NCBI GenBank assembly: GCA_963733295.1
Contig: CAVTCS010000003.1
Location: forward strand, 544,001-608,000
Origin: Vulcanimicrobiota bacterium
GTDB lineage: Bacteria > Vulcanimicrobiota > Vulcanimicrobiia > Vulcanimicrobiales > Vulcanimicrobiaceae
Direction: 5' to 3'
DNA length: 64,000 nucleotides
The position numbers were made by a program, and so were the translations under genes. Below, in pieces: positions 19,287-28,660 of this stretch. Numbering within the stretch: position 1 is the first letter of the stretch; each line of letters begins with the position of its first letter. The notes beneath the pieces were generated by a model. The model searched no databases. It was not told where the DNA came from and worked only from the letters and a program-made list of their open reading frames with translations.

Positions 19287-21122
19287 ATGACTTCGCAGCG
19301 CGTTTTCCGCCGGGTATCCTGGTTGGTCGCGAGTACGATTCTGTTGGCGGGGTGCAGCGGCGGCAGCACGTTCTCGCCCAGGGGTTCCGCGTCCCCGACG
19401 CCTTTGCCGACCGGTGCTGCCGCGGCATTCGTTTGTCCCAGCAGCGCCGCGTCCACGTCCGCCGCGCGCTCGAGCGCGCAGAGCGAGCGTCGCCGGCTGC
19501 CCGAGCGGCACGTTGCCGCGGCCGGACCGGCGAGCACCGGCCTCATCGCGGTTTCCTATTCGCGCTCGCAAGCCCAGACCTCGCATGCCGCGCTGGTCAA
19601 CCGCGAGCTGTCGGTCGGAGCGTCTCTGGTGCGCGAGTACGATTTTCCAAACGTGGGTCGCGTGACGCGCGTCTTATCGGTCGCTCCCGCTCGAGCCGCA
19701 AGCGTCGAAGCCACGTTACGCTCGCAGCCCGGAGTGCTCGCCGTCGGCGACACCGGCGTGCGCCGCTATGCCTCCGCAGTGACGACCCCGTTCTTCCCAA
19801 ACGATCCGTATTTCACGGGCTTCGCGACAACCGAAGCGCCGGCTCCTGGAGCCTCCCCGCCGCCGCCGACCTTTGAGGTTGGGCCTTTGGAAGAGAGCGC
19901 CAGCGTGCCGGGTCAATGGAACATGCACGCGATCCAGCTCGAGCACGCTTTCGCGTACTCGCAACCCGGCAACGGCAGCGGTCTATCGAATCCGAAAGCG
20001 CTCGGTTCGAGTGCGGTGAAGATCGCGATCATCGACACCGGTGAAGACAGCACGCACCCCGACCTGAGCGGCAAGCTCGTCTATCAGAAGTGCTACATCA
20101 CGAGTCCGAGCCACGTGCGGTCGACTTCGAATTTCTCGACCGACGAGCTCGGACACGGCACCGACGTTTCGGGGCTCGCCGCTGCGACTCTGGGGAACGG
20201 CTTCGGCTTTACCGGCGCCGGCGGCAACGTCGTACTGTACGGCTACCGCGTGTTCCCCACGCCGGACGACAATTGTTTGAATTCTATGACGAGCGACCCG
20301 CAGTGCGGCGCGGACGATGGGGACATCATTTCGGCGATCAACGATGCGGTCGCGCAACACGTCAACGTCATAAGCATGAGTCTCGGTGAAGGTAGCTGCT
20401 CTAGCGGCGGAGCCGATCCGGATCCGCTCGAGGGTGACGCGGTTGCAAATGCGATCGCGGCGAACATCGTGGTCGTGGCTGCGTCGGGAAACGATAGCAG
20501 CCCGGGATCGATTGTCGCGCTGGAAGCTCCGGCCTGCGACAGAGGCGTCATCGCCGCCGGCGCGACCGGTCTCGCGGACGGCCAGCCGAACGGCGCCGGC
20601 AATTCAAACGGCACCGCTAGCAATCCGTTCGAGTATGTCGCTTCCTACTCAAATGCCGGTTCGCCGGGTGCGGCCCCCAATAGTCCGACTGCCTGGGGAC
20701 TCGTCGCGCCGGGCGCCGATCCGTCCCCACAGGAAGCAGCCTCCTCGGCGCCGGGTGACAATTTGCACTGGATCTGGGACATTTGGACGACGACTCCCTA
20801 CCAGGCGTCGCCGACGGATCAATCGTTCACCGGCGAGTGCAGCGACGATTACCCAAACTCAACCTCGGTGGTTCCACCCGTCGACTGCCGCGTCGAGATT
20901 GCCGGCACTTCGATGTCGGCCCCACTCGTAGCCGGCGCCGCGGCGCTCGTTCTTTCGGTGAATCCTACCTATCAGAGCGCGTCGGCAATGAAACAACTGC
21001 TTTGTTCGACGGCAGACGACATCGGCGATCCGCACGAAGGTTGCGGGCGCCTCAACGTCTACCGCGCGATGGCGGCGGCGTTGGGAGACCCGAGCCCCCC
21101 GCCGGTATCGGGATCCCCGTAG
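19287..21122 (+). CDS. S8 subtilisin-like serine protease lipoprotein
   Basis: Lipobox LAGC; triad IIDTG, GHGT, GTSMS; oxyanion AASGN. Confidence 0.9.
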   Translation: MTSQRVFRRVSWLVASTILLAGCSGGSTFSPRGSASPTPLPTGAAAAFVCPSSAASTSAARSSAQSERRRLPERHVAAAGPASTGLIAVSYSRSQAQTSHAALVNRELSVGASLVREYDFPNVGRVTRVLSVAPARAASVEATLRSQPGVLAVGDTGVRRYASAVTTPFFPNDPYFTGFATTEAPAPGASPPPPTFEVGPLEESASVPGQWNMHAIQLEHAFAYSQPGNGSGLSNPKALGSSAVKIAIIDTGEDSTHPDLSGKLVYQKCYITSPSHVRSTSNFSTDELGHGTDVSGLAAATLGNGFGFTGAGGNVVLYGYRVFPTPDDNCLNSMTSDPQCGADDGDIISAINDAVAQHVNVISMSLGEGSCSSGGADPDPLEGDAVANAIAANIVVVAASGNDSSPGSIVALEAPACDRGVIAAGATGLADGQPNGAGNSNGTASNPFEYVASYSNAGSPGAAPNSPTAWGLVAPGADPSPQEAASSAPGDNLHWIWDIWTTTPYQASPTDQSFTGECSDDYPNSTSVVPPVDCRVEIAGTSMSAPLVAGAAALVLSVNPTYQSASAMKQLLCSTADDIGDPHEGCGRLNVYRAMAAALGDPSPPPVSGSP

Positions 21123-21123
21123 C

Positions 21124-22737
21124 CTACATGACCTGAATCTTCGCCATCATCCCGGCGTCTTCGTGGTCGATGATGTGGCAGTGATAGAGAAACGTGCCGC
21201 GGATGACGGGGTCGCGGAAATCGATGAGCACGGTCGTCACGCTCGGTGAAGTCGTCCCGTCGGCGTTGTGAATCTGCGGCGGTAAGTTGAAGGTGTCGCG
21301 CCAGTGTTGTTGCGACGCAGGCACGGCCACTCCGTTAACGCTCGTAGCGACGAAGTGCACCTGGTGAATGTGAAAGTCGTGGACTTCGTCCGTTTCGTTT
21401 TCGAGCGTCCATAGCTCGACCGTTCCGACGTGAGAGGTGATCGCCGGCGGTGCGCTTGGGTCGTACGTGACGCCGTTGAGGTAGTAAACAGTCTGAGTAC
21501 TGTTCTCTTGGAACTCGATCGTGTGCGAAGCCGAAGGCGGCGGTAGCGGGTCGCGATACGCCGACGGATGCAACGTCGGACGATGTTTTTTCGCGGCCGG
21601 AACGCGCCAATTGCTCGAGGTGCCGTTGTCGTTCACCAACATGCCGATGACGTCGCCCGGATCCGGATCGCCGACCGGTCCCGAATCGAAGGGCAGCGTG
21701 CGCAGCGTCGTCGGGGCGCCTTGACCGGTGACCACGAACTCGGCGCGGCCCGAAGGCGGCACGACGATATCGGGCACGGTCTCCGATGCCGCACTTCCAG
21801 AGAAGTCGCGCAGTGGAACGCCGTCCTGCGAGACGAGCTCGAGAGTTTCCCCGTCGACCGCAAGATCGAGATAACGCCCCACCGATGCGTTGACGACGCG
21901 AAACAGCTCGCGTTCTCCGGGCTTGATGCCGATCGCGACGGTCGAGGAGTCGATGTTGTTGACGGTGAGCGGGACCGGAGCCGAACCGGCTGCGGGACGA
22001 GGCTCGCTCGCGAGGTTGTTGAGAAACGCAGCGCGTTGCGCCGGCGGGAGGCGATTCAACCCGCAGTAACGCGCGGCCAACGCTCTCCGCCGGTCGGTGA
22101 CGCCGGTCGTGAAGTGCTGACGTACGATCAACAGGCGCTGTCGCAAGCCTGCTACATCCGGAACTTCGTTCTCGATTCCGTCGATGATGATCGCGCCCGA
22201 CATGCCGTACCCGACCTGGTACGCGGCCTCGCCGTGCGGATGCGCGTGATACCAATACGCTCCCGGCGGTTGGTCCGGGTTTACGGTCACGTCGTACGTC
22301 GTCGAAAACCCGGGTTCGACGGCGTCGATGGAGTCGTCACCAGGCGCGATCGGCGACGACGTCAGCCCGTGAAAGTGAATGTTCGTCTCGTCGGGCAAAC
22401 CCATTGCGAGCTTGTCGGCTGCGGGCGGTAGGTTATTGAAAAGCTTCAGCTGGATTTGATCGCCTGGATTCACCTCGATCGTGGGCGCGACCAAACCGGT
22501 ACCGCTGTCCCAGGCATAGCTCGGCGTCAGGCCTTCGGCCAGAAGCGCCGATAAGGTCACCGACGCGACGCCGCCCGAGCTTTGCACGACCGGCGGTTCT
22601 GAGAAGTTGAGGCTCGGGCCCGCCGCACTGGCTGTCGGCGCCGGCCGGCCGGGCGCGGGTGAACCACCGCCGCCGTTGCAGCCTGAAAGCGAAACCAGCG
22701 ACAGTATGAACGTTGCCGTCACAGCTAGGCGTTGCAC
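21124..22737 (-). CDS. Multicopper oxidase lipoprotein
   Basis: Lipobox LSGC; Cu motifs HFH, WYHAH, HDFHIH, HCHIIDHEDAGM; GTG at 22737 with GGAGGG RBS. Confidence 0.9.
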   Translation of the reverse strand: MQRLAVTATFILSLVSLSGCNGGGGSPAPGRPAPTASAAGPSLNFSEPPVVQSSGGVASVTLSALLAEGLTPSYAWDSGTGLVAPTIEVNPGDQIQLKLFNNLPPAADKLAMGLPDETNIHFHGLTSSPIAPGDDSIDAVEPGFSTTYDVTVNPDQPPGAYWYHAHPHGEAAYQVGYGMSGAIIIDGIENEVPDVAGLRQRLLIVRQHFTTGVTDRRRALAARYCGLNRLPPAQRAAFLNNLASEPRPAAGSAPVPLTVNNIDSSTVAIGIKPGERELFRVVNASVGRYLDLAVDGETLELVSQDGVPLRDFSGSAASETVPDIVVPPSGRAEFVVTGQGAPTTLRTLPFDSGPVGDPDPGDVIGMLVNDNGTSSNWRVPAAKKHRPTLHPSAYRDPLPPPSASHTIEFQENSTQTVYYLNGVTYDPSAPPAITSHVGTVELWTLENETDEVHDFHIHQVHFVATSVNGVAVPASQQHWRDTFNLPPQIHNADGTTSPSVTTVLIDFRDPVIRGTFLYHCHIIDHEDAGMMAKIQVM

Positions 22738-22926
22738 GAAGCTACCCTCCACCTTGGGATTAGGGAGCGTCCTTCTTTCCTGTCAGGCTTAATCCCCGGC
22801 TGAAATTCGTTCGACGATAGACCTTTCGTCGGCAGCGAATTGCCAGGTTTGTCGCCGGCGTCATTGCAAAGACAGCCACTTTCCCAGACCCCGACCAACG
22901 CGATCGACCGCCAGTGTGCATCTTTT

Positions 22927-23541
22927 CTACTGGGACTCTTCGAGGTGGCGTTCGTTTTCGAGAAGCCGGGCGGTAATCAATCGAAGCAGGTAGACGCCGA
23001 AATCGGGATGTCTCCGATAGAGCGTGAAGAGCTCGTCCTGCGTCATCGAGAGCAAGCGTGTCTCGGTTGATGCCACCGCGCTTTGCGTGCGCCGATGTTC
23101 TGGGGAGAATATCGCCACCTCGCCGAGCAGAGAACCCGGTCCCAGATCGATGCCGGACTGGGGAAGATGCATTTTGCCCGAAACGATAAAGTACGTCTTG
23201 TCGCCCAGGTCGTTTCGGGCGAAGAGTTGTTCCCCAGCGTGCAGCTCGACAGGCTGCGCAAACGGTTCAAGCCAATCCATCCGAAGATCGCCTTTGATCG
23301 CACTCAGAATTCCGCTTTTCGTCTGGTTGATCTCCCACAAGCGCCAGATGTTGAGCGGAAGCAACAGCACGTGCAGAACGAGCACCGGGATGACGTGCCC
23401 GAACAGGCCATAAAGAATGAAGGCGACGTTGCTCGCGATGCCGACTTCGCGCAAGCGCGCTCGCGAGCGCATGAAAAACGTAGCGAAGACGAGCGCCGAA
23501 GCGAGGTACCCCAAGAACAAGATCGCGTTGGCCCACGTCAT
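22927..23541 (-). CDS. Membrane-anchored cyclic nucleotide-binding domain protein
   Basis: Three N-terminal TM segments; cNMP cassette LGEVA..RRTQSA; no Crp HTH. Confidence 0.8.
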   Translation of the reverse strand: MTWANAILFLGYLASALVFATFFMRSRARLREVGIASNVAFILYGLFGHVIPVLVLHVLLLPLNIWRLWEINQTKSGILSAIKGDLRMDWLEPFAQPVELHAGEQLFARNDLGDKTYFIVSGKMHLPQSGIDLGPGSLLGEVAIFSPEHRRTQSAVASTETRLLSMTQDELFTLYRRHPDFGVYLLRLITARLLENERHLEESQ

Positions 23542-23706
23542 CCCGTATGCCCCCTCGTATTGCAATCAGACGTTGGCCCTTCGGCGTGGCTGTCCTCGAC
23601 CGGACGTGACGCTGCTGCACCCGCGCGCCAACGCTTGCTCACTTGCCCGAGTTAGATCGTAACTCGGTTCCGAGCGGCGAGCACTTGATGCAGTTCGGTC
23701 TAGTCG

Positions 23707-24258
23707 GTGCCGCTGAACGCGGGTTGCCCGAGGAAGGTTAAACTCAGTGCGGGTATTCGAGAAAGGTTGACAGATCTCGATTTCGTCGCTTGCAGCGTCG
23801 ACGGGATCGTGCGAGAGTTTGCGTGCGACTTTCTCGTCTCGCACTACCACAGAGCGCGTCCAGGCGTGCCGAAGGCGCTCCTGCAACTCGTTGATCCGAT
23901 CGCGTGTCTTCGCATCGATATTTTTCCCGACCGTAATGGAGTCATCGCGCAGGCAAATCGTGCGGTCGTAGGAGGTACGTCGCCGCTCATCATCGATGGA
24001 AGCAACATTCTGGAGCACAAGCTCCAGACGATCCGCATGGCATCGGCTGGGAGCCCTGCCGATCCAAAGCACTGGGTCGATGCGCGGGCACTCGCCGAGA
24101 TCAACGGATGGGCTCTACCCGCGCTGAACCTTCACCTTGCGCCGGCGATTTATTGCACCGACGTCGAGGAACGCTGCTCGCGCTGCGAACTGAGCCTTTC
24201 GCCGGATTTCCCCTTGGCGCCGAAGCCTGAAATCCTACGCACGCTCGGTTACGTTTAA
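23707..24258 (+). CDS. Hypothetical protein, possibly an N-truncated nucleotidyltransferase-like remnant
   Basis: R.LTDLDF and RIDIF acidic motifs, K..DPKH; start unclear. Confidence 0.35.
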   Translation: MPLNAGCPRKVKLSAGIRERLTDLDFVACSVDGIVREFACDFLVSHYHRARPGVPKALLQLVDPIACLRIDIFPDRNGVIAQANRAVVGGTSPLIIDGSNILEHKLQTIRMASAGSPADPKHWVDARALAEINGWALPALNLHLAPAIYCTDVEERCSRCELSLSPDFPLAPKPEILRTLGYV

Positions 24259-24465
24259 GAATGAGGGCAATTACGCTACATTCGTGTCGAGAGGGCTCGT
24301 GTTAGATACCGCCCAGTATAGCGCCGCGCGTAAAGCTGGTGACAGCGTAAGAAATCGCGTCCCGGGACGCGAACGTGACTCATCCGTGACCTAATGGCGT
24401 TCGTAAGATCAAAGCGACCGAAGTCCAATGTCGAAAAACCTTGTGGTGTAACGACGTCCCATCAT

Positions 24466-24504
24466 GGAGAGGTGGCAGAGCGGTTTAATGCAGCGGTCTT
24501 GAAA
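24466..24504 (+). pseudogene. 5' half of tRNA-Ser(UGA), attL-like fragment
   Basis: GGAGAGGTGGCAGAGCGGTTTAATGCAGCGGTCTTGAAA matches 29099-29137 at 36/39 nt and stops exactly after the anticodon loop CTTGAAA. Confidence 0.85.
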
Positions 24505-24560
24505 TGTTTGCAGCTAGCCTCAACAAGTCCTCGCAAGTATCAATTGAGGACGATCACTGG

Positions 24561-24600
24561 ACTTATCGGAGCTAATCCGACCCAATCGTGTCTTATTCGG
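24561..24600 (+). repeat. Four degenerate 10-bp tandem repeats
   Basis: ACTTATCGGA/GCTAATCCGA/CCCAATCGTG/TCTTATTCGG in exact 10-bp register. Confidence 0.55.
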
Positions 24601-25046
24601 TGAGAAGAATCTGTTTTCTCACATTGCTCATGGCAGAAGGGTCCTCCGCGACTCAGCACTGACCTCTTACATGCGAAGCAAGAAAGGCGCCAAACCGCGG
24701 TCCCGTAAAAAGCGGAAGAAATAGCCTGAAAGATCTGTGAAATAAGTTTCCGGCGGCTCCGGGCTTCCGCCGGCGTCCGATTTTCCGCGCGACCTGTCGT
24801 GCAATTGTCGTATTTTTTCGTTCGCGTGGCCCAGCGGGACGCGAACCGTGATTTTGGGGTTCTTGGGGGATCGTGTCGCAACGCGCTTCCCGGAAGCGCC
24901 TATGAACATTCTGTGGCGCAGCTCAGGGCTGCGCCGCCAACGGGAAGTCGAACGTTTCGATCGGACGCCGCGCCGTGATTTTTCGTCCCGCGCGCACGGC
25001 TCGAGTCAACCCGCGCCGCCAACCCCCGCCCGGTGTTCCAATTTTA

Positions 25047-25086
25047 GGTAGACATTTGGGTAGACCACCCGTGGGTAGACCACCCG
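25047..25086 (+). repeat. GGTAGAC direct repeats
   Basis: GGTAGAC at 25047, 25059 and 25074; GGGTAGACCACCCG at 25058 and 25073. Confidence 0.7.
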
Positions 25087-25129
25087 GGTCACGCTGCAGA
25101 TTTTCGGGGTCGCCCGCGCGTATTCGCAT

Positions 25130-25461
25130 GGTCTTTGACCGCCAGTTTGCTAGGCTTGCCGGCAGAGCGCGGGAAGATGCAAGGCTGCGTGCCCGCGTTG
25201 TGTGCAGCGTTTGGACGAACGTGCCAGCGCCCACGCGCGCTTCGAGAAAGCACTCTGCGATTGTTTGCTGGAGCGCCGCCGTCACGGTACTGCACAGACA
25301 CCGAGGCGTTTGGCGAACTCGCGGCTCGGCAGCAAACGGGCACCGGCCGGAAAGAATCCGCTCCGAATGCCCTCGCGCAGACGCCGTAAGAGCTGACACC
25401 CCAGTGGTTCGCTCGAGGTCCGGTCGGGGAGCAGCGGCTCAAGGTCGATTGGCACCTTCAT
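25130..25461 (-). pseudogene. Truncated, frameshifted MocR/GabR-family regulator (copy of 27032-28591)
   Basis: MKVPIDLEPLLPDRTSSEPLG..LLPSRE, then a shift to TVTAALQQ..LEARVGAGTFV; aminotransferase domain missing; left end approximate. Confidence 0.85.
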
Positions 25462-25471
25462 AATACCACGT

Positions 25472-25508
25472 ATTGGCCCAATACGAAGGTCCAATCCTCG
25501 GTTAGAAT
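25472..25508. promoter_or_regulatory. Putative MocR operator and -10 box (copy 1)
   Basis: ATTGGCCC-N8-GGTCCAAT imperfect IR followed by TAGAAT; conserved in copy 2. Confidence 0.55.
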
Positions 25509-25520
25509 GAGCCCATCCCA

Positions 25521-26606
25521 TTGAAGAACAAAATCACGAGACTTCTGCTGGCTGTAACGCTGCTTGCTGCCTCGGCCGCGCCTGCACCGGTGTACACGCC
25601 TTACCCGGCCGCCCCGACGGCGCGCGACGGACGCAACGATTTCAATTTTGCATATGGAACGTGGCGTACGCACTACCGCATACTCAAAGATCGGTTGGTC
25701 GGCAGCCACCAGTGGTACGAGTGCCACGGCACCTCGGTCTTTCGCCCGTTTTGGGGCGGCAGCGGAAATCTCGAAGACGGGGATATGAAATGCCCGAACC
25801 GGTATATCGGCTTGATGACGCTTCGCCTCTACGATGCGCAAACGCACCAATGGACGCTTTGGTGGGGAACGAAAAAGCTCGGCATCCAGCCACCGCCGCA
25901 AGTCGGGCATTTCGATGCAAACGGCGTCGGCGACTTCTACTCGTACGATAACTGGAAGGGCACCCCCATTATTGTCCGTTTCCACTGGACCAAAGTGAAC
26001 GGCAATCCCCACTTTGAACAAGGGTTCTCTACCGACGGCGGAAAGTCGTGGGAAATCAACTGGATTACCGACACGGAGCGCGTGTCATCTTCTAGCAAAG
26101 GCGCGTGGAACGCAACTGCGCCGGTCGGCGACGGACACAACGGTTTCGACTTTCTGATTGGGACTTGGCGAACGCATTACATGCAGCTGCGCCATCCGTT
26201 AAGCGACAGTCACGATTGGTTCGCATGCGACGGTACGTCTTCCGTCCGGCCTTTTTGGGGTGGAAGCGCTGGCATCGAGGACGACGATCTCCATTGTCCG
26301 GCGCAGCACATCGTGGGCGTGACGGTTCGCTTGTACGATCCGGTTACGCACGAGTGGTCGCTCTACTCGGGAACGCAGAAGCGGGGCTTGGCGCTCCGGC
26401 CGCAGGTCGGCAAATTCGGCGCAGACGGCGCCGGCGATTTCTTCGGCCTCGATACGTTCGAAGGCAAACCGATCGTCGTGCGTTACCGTTGGGCTGAGCA
26501 CAACGGTAACCCGCGCTTCGAAGAAGCGTTCTCGGCGGACAAAGGTAACGCGTGGCAGACCGTCTCGACGACCGACTACGAACGCGTTACGCGGCCGGCG
26601 CGTTGA
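25521..26606 (+). CDS. Secreted protein with two tandem DUF1579-like domains
   Basis: Signal peptide; repeated F.F..GTWRTHY..L..S..W..C.GTS..RPFWGG and FE..FS.D.G..W units. Confidence 0.75.
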   Translation: MKNKITRLLLAVTLLAASAAPAPVYTPYPAAPTARDGRNDFNFAYGTWRTHYRILKDRLVGSHQWYECHGTSVFRPFWGGSGNLEDGDMKCPNRYIGLMTLRLYDAQTHQWTLWWGTKKLGIQPPPQVGHFDANGVGDFYSYDNWKGTPIIVRFHWTKVNGNPHFEQGFSTDGGKSWEINWITDTERVSSSSKGAWNATAPVGDGHNGFDFLIGTWRTHYMQLRHPLSDSHDWFACDGTSSVRPFWGGSAGIEDDDLHCPAQHIVGVTVRLYDPVTHEWSLYSGTQKRGLALRPQVGKFGADGAGDFFGLDTFEGKPIVVRYRWAEHNGNPRFEEAFSADKGNAWQTVSTTDYERVTRPAR

Positions 26607-26814
26607 TCAGCGACGTTCCACGGTGTTACTTTAGAGCCGTGGTAAGCGTTCTTGCTCGTTTCGAAATTCAGCGATGATGAGTGGCTGCGCCAGCAACAGC
26701 AGCCCGTGCGACACGATCGTGACGTCGTCGAGCGGAGCGATCATGGGGCAATACGCGAGCTCCACGGTGCGCGAATTGTGGCGGAGAGCGCGATCACATT
26801 CTCTCACCTCGCCC

Positions 26815-27006
26815 AATGGGTTCAGCGTCCTCGTCAACGGCGTCGCTGGAGTTGTGTCGCGGCTTCCTGGTGGGAACGTTTTTTCGGTTGTGACTTTTAC
26901 CGTCAAAGGCAACAGGATTGTCGAAATTGACGTAATCCGTGACCCGGATCGGCTGCAGCCACTAAACCTGGCAGCCTTCGAAGCGGGTAAGGTTCGGGAG
27001 GAATAG
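26815..27006 (+). pseudogene. C-terminal fragment of an ECF41/SigJ-type sigma factor (SnoaL-like tail)
   Basis: VLVNGVAGVV..VVTFTVKGNRIVEIDVIRDPDRL; sigma domains absent; left end approximate. Confidence 0.65.
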
Positions 27007-27031
27007 TCTTAACGTTCAACCTTCAACAGCC

Positions 27032-28591
27032 TCACAGGCTGTGACCCTTGCGGGGTCGTGCAACGACAACGTGCTCGACCGTGCTCGGCTCCGCGTGCTG
27101 GGAACGCGCGCAGACGTGTTCATCCGCAGCATCGAGAATGTTCGGCGCGCGTTCGAAAGAGGTGACGTCACGTAGCGATGTCGCGAGTGCGAGCGCCGCC
27201 TTTTTGATGGCGTCCTCGTGCGCTGAGCTGAATCCTAGGACGAGGCCTCGGCAATCAGTCCGCTGCCCGCAGAGCAGCGAAAGCGGGAGGCAGCGGTGTC
27301 CCGGCGGCATGGTGTTCGCAAAGGTAACATCGTCAAAATCGGCGGGCGCCATGATGACGGCGTGCAGTCCGTTGCGAGCAGGGCCGAGGTTGAAACCGGC
27401 CGGAAGGCTCGCTGATAGCACATCCACGAGGACCCGCCGCCGTCGCTCGTAGACGGCAGCCATGCGCCGAACGTGCCGACTAAAGTGTCCTTCCGTGATG
27501 AAGTCTGCGAGCGTTTTTTGTAGGTGTGCAGAAGCGCCAAGACTCGTGATGGCTCGCGTGAAGCGGAACATCTGCGCGAGATGTGGCGGCGCGACGACAT
27601 ACCCCAGGCGTAGCCCGGGGGCAAGCGTCTTGCTAAATGTACCGATGTAGATGACGCGCTCGTCGCGATCCAAGCTTTGCAACGCGGGCAGCGCGTGTGC
27701 ATTGAATTCGCTGTCGTAGTCGTCTTCTACAATGTATGCGTTTGTGGTACAGGCCCACGCGAGCAATTCCGTGCGTCGAGTCAGCGGTAACGCCCCGCCG
27801 AGCGGAAATTGGTGCGAAGGGGTAACGTACGCAAGGACGCAATTCGTCGGGAGTTCGCCCGTACAGATGCCATCGTCATCGACCGGTACCCTGCACAGTA
27901 CCGCACCGTGTCCTGCGAGCACCGCCGTCGCAAGTTGGTAGCACGGATCCTCGATTGCCACGTGATCGCCGGATCGCAGCACGACGAAAGCGGCGAGGTG
28001 AGCCGCACCCTGCGCTCCTTCGACGACAATAATTTGATCTGGATCGGCAACAACACCGCGAAACTGCGCAATGTGGCGCGAGATCGCCTCGCGCAATGCC
28101 AGTAGCCCGGATGATTGGCCGTAGTCTAAATGCTCTAGCCCGCTGGTGAGATTTGCCCGCTCAAGACGCTGCCAAACGCGATGCGGAAAAATGCTAAGGT
28201 CCGGTGCGCCGACTCGCAACGGTCCGAGGGACGATCCGACCGAATCGAGATGGTCCTGGATCAAGGCGAGCTTGCTCGGGCTCGCTGGAAGTGGACGCGG
28301 TGCGGCGGTGGAAACCTCGCGTGCTTCGTGAAGCGTTTTGGTAACGAATGTGCCTGCGCCAACCCGAGCTTCGAGATAACCCTCGGCGATAAGTTGTTCC
28401 AGAGTCGATGTCACAGTGTTGCGCGATAGGCCGAGACGGCAGGCCAGTTCGCGGCTCGGCAGTAGGCGTGAAGCCGCCGGGAAAAAGCCGCTTTCGATCG
28501 CGTTACGGAAGCGCCGCACGAGCTGCGCACCAAGCGGCTCACTCGACGAGCGGTCGGGGAAGAGCGGCTCGAGATCAATTGGCCCTCTCAT
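27032..28591 (-). CDS. MocR/GabR-family PLP-dependent GntR regulator
   Basis: wHTH LPSRELA..LGLSRNTV; TPSHQFPLG, EDDYD, GTFSK..PGLRLG; C-terminus looks extended. Confidence 0.92.
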   Translation of the reverse strand: MRGPIDLEPLFPDRSSSEPLGAQLVRRFRNAIESGFFPAASRLLPSRELACRLGLSRNTVTSTLEQLIAEGYLEARVGAGTFVTKTLHEAREVSTAAPRPLPASPSKLALIQDHLDSVGSSLGPLRVGAPDLSIFPHRVWQRLERANLTSGLEHLDYGQSSGLLALREAISRHIAQFRGVVADPDQIIVVEGAQGAAHLAAFVVLRSGDHVAIEDPCYQLATAVLAGHGAVLCRVPVDDDGICTGELPTNCVLAYVTPSHQFPLGGALPLTRRTELLAWACTTNAYIVEDDYDSEFNAHALPALQSLDRDERVIYIGTFSKTLAPGLRLGYVVAPPHLAQMFRFTRAITSLGASAHLQKTLADFITEGHFSRHVRRMAAVYERRRRVLVDVLSASLPAGFNLGPARNGLHAVIMAPADFDDVTFANTMPPGHRCLPLSLLCGQRTDCRGLVLGFSSAHEDAIKKAALALATSLRDVTSFERAPNILDAADEHVCARSQHAEPSTVEHVVVARPRKGHSL

Positions 28592-28601
28592 ACTACCTCG
28601 A

Positions 28602-28638
28602 ATTGGTCCGATACGAAGGTCCATTCCCCCCATAGAAT
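28602..28638. promoter_or_regulatory. Putative MocR operator and -10 box (copy 2)
   Basis: ATTGGTCC-GATACGAA-GGTCCATT followed by TAGAAT, aligned with copy 1. Confidence 0.55.
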
Positions 28639-28660
28639 AAGGCGCACGAAACGCCCTATT

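Noticed and set aside
24540..24881. 113-aa minus-strand ORF and overlapping short ORFs
   Set aside because: No RBS, no family motifs, atypical composition; they lie over the palindrome-rich segment.
24466..25090. tmRNA or two-piece tmRNA (smpB is in the window)
   Set aside because: The 5' end is tRNA-Ser-like, not Ala-like with a G3-U70 pair, and no tag-peptide frame is evident.
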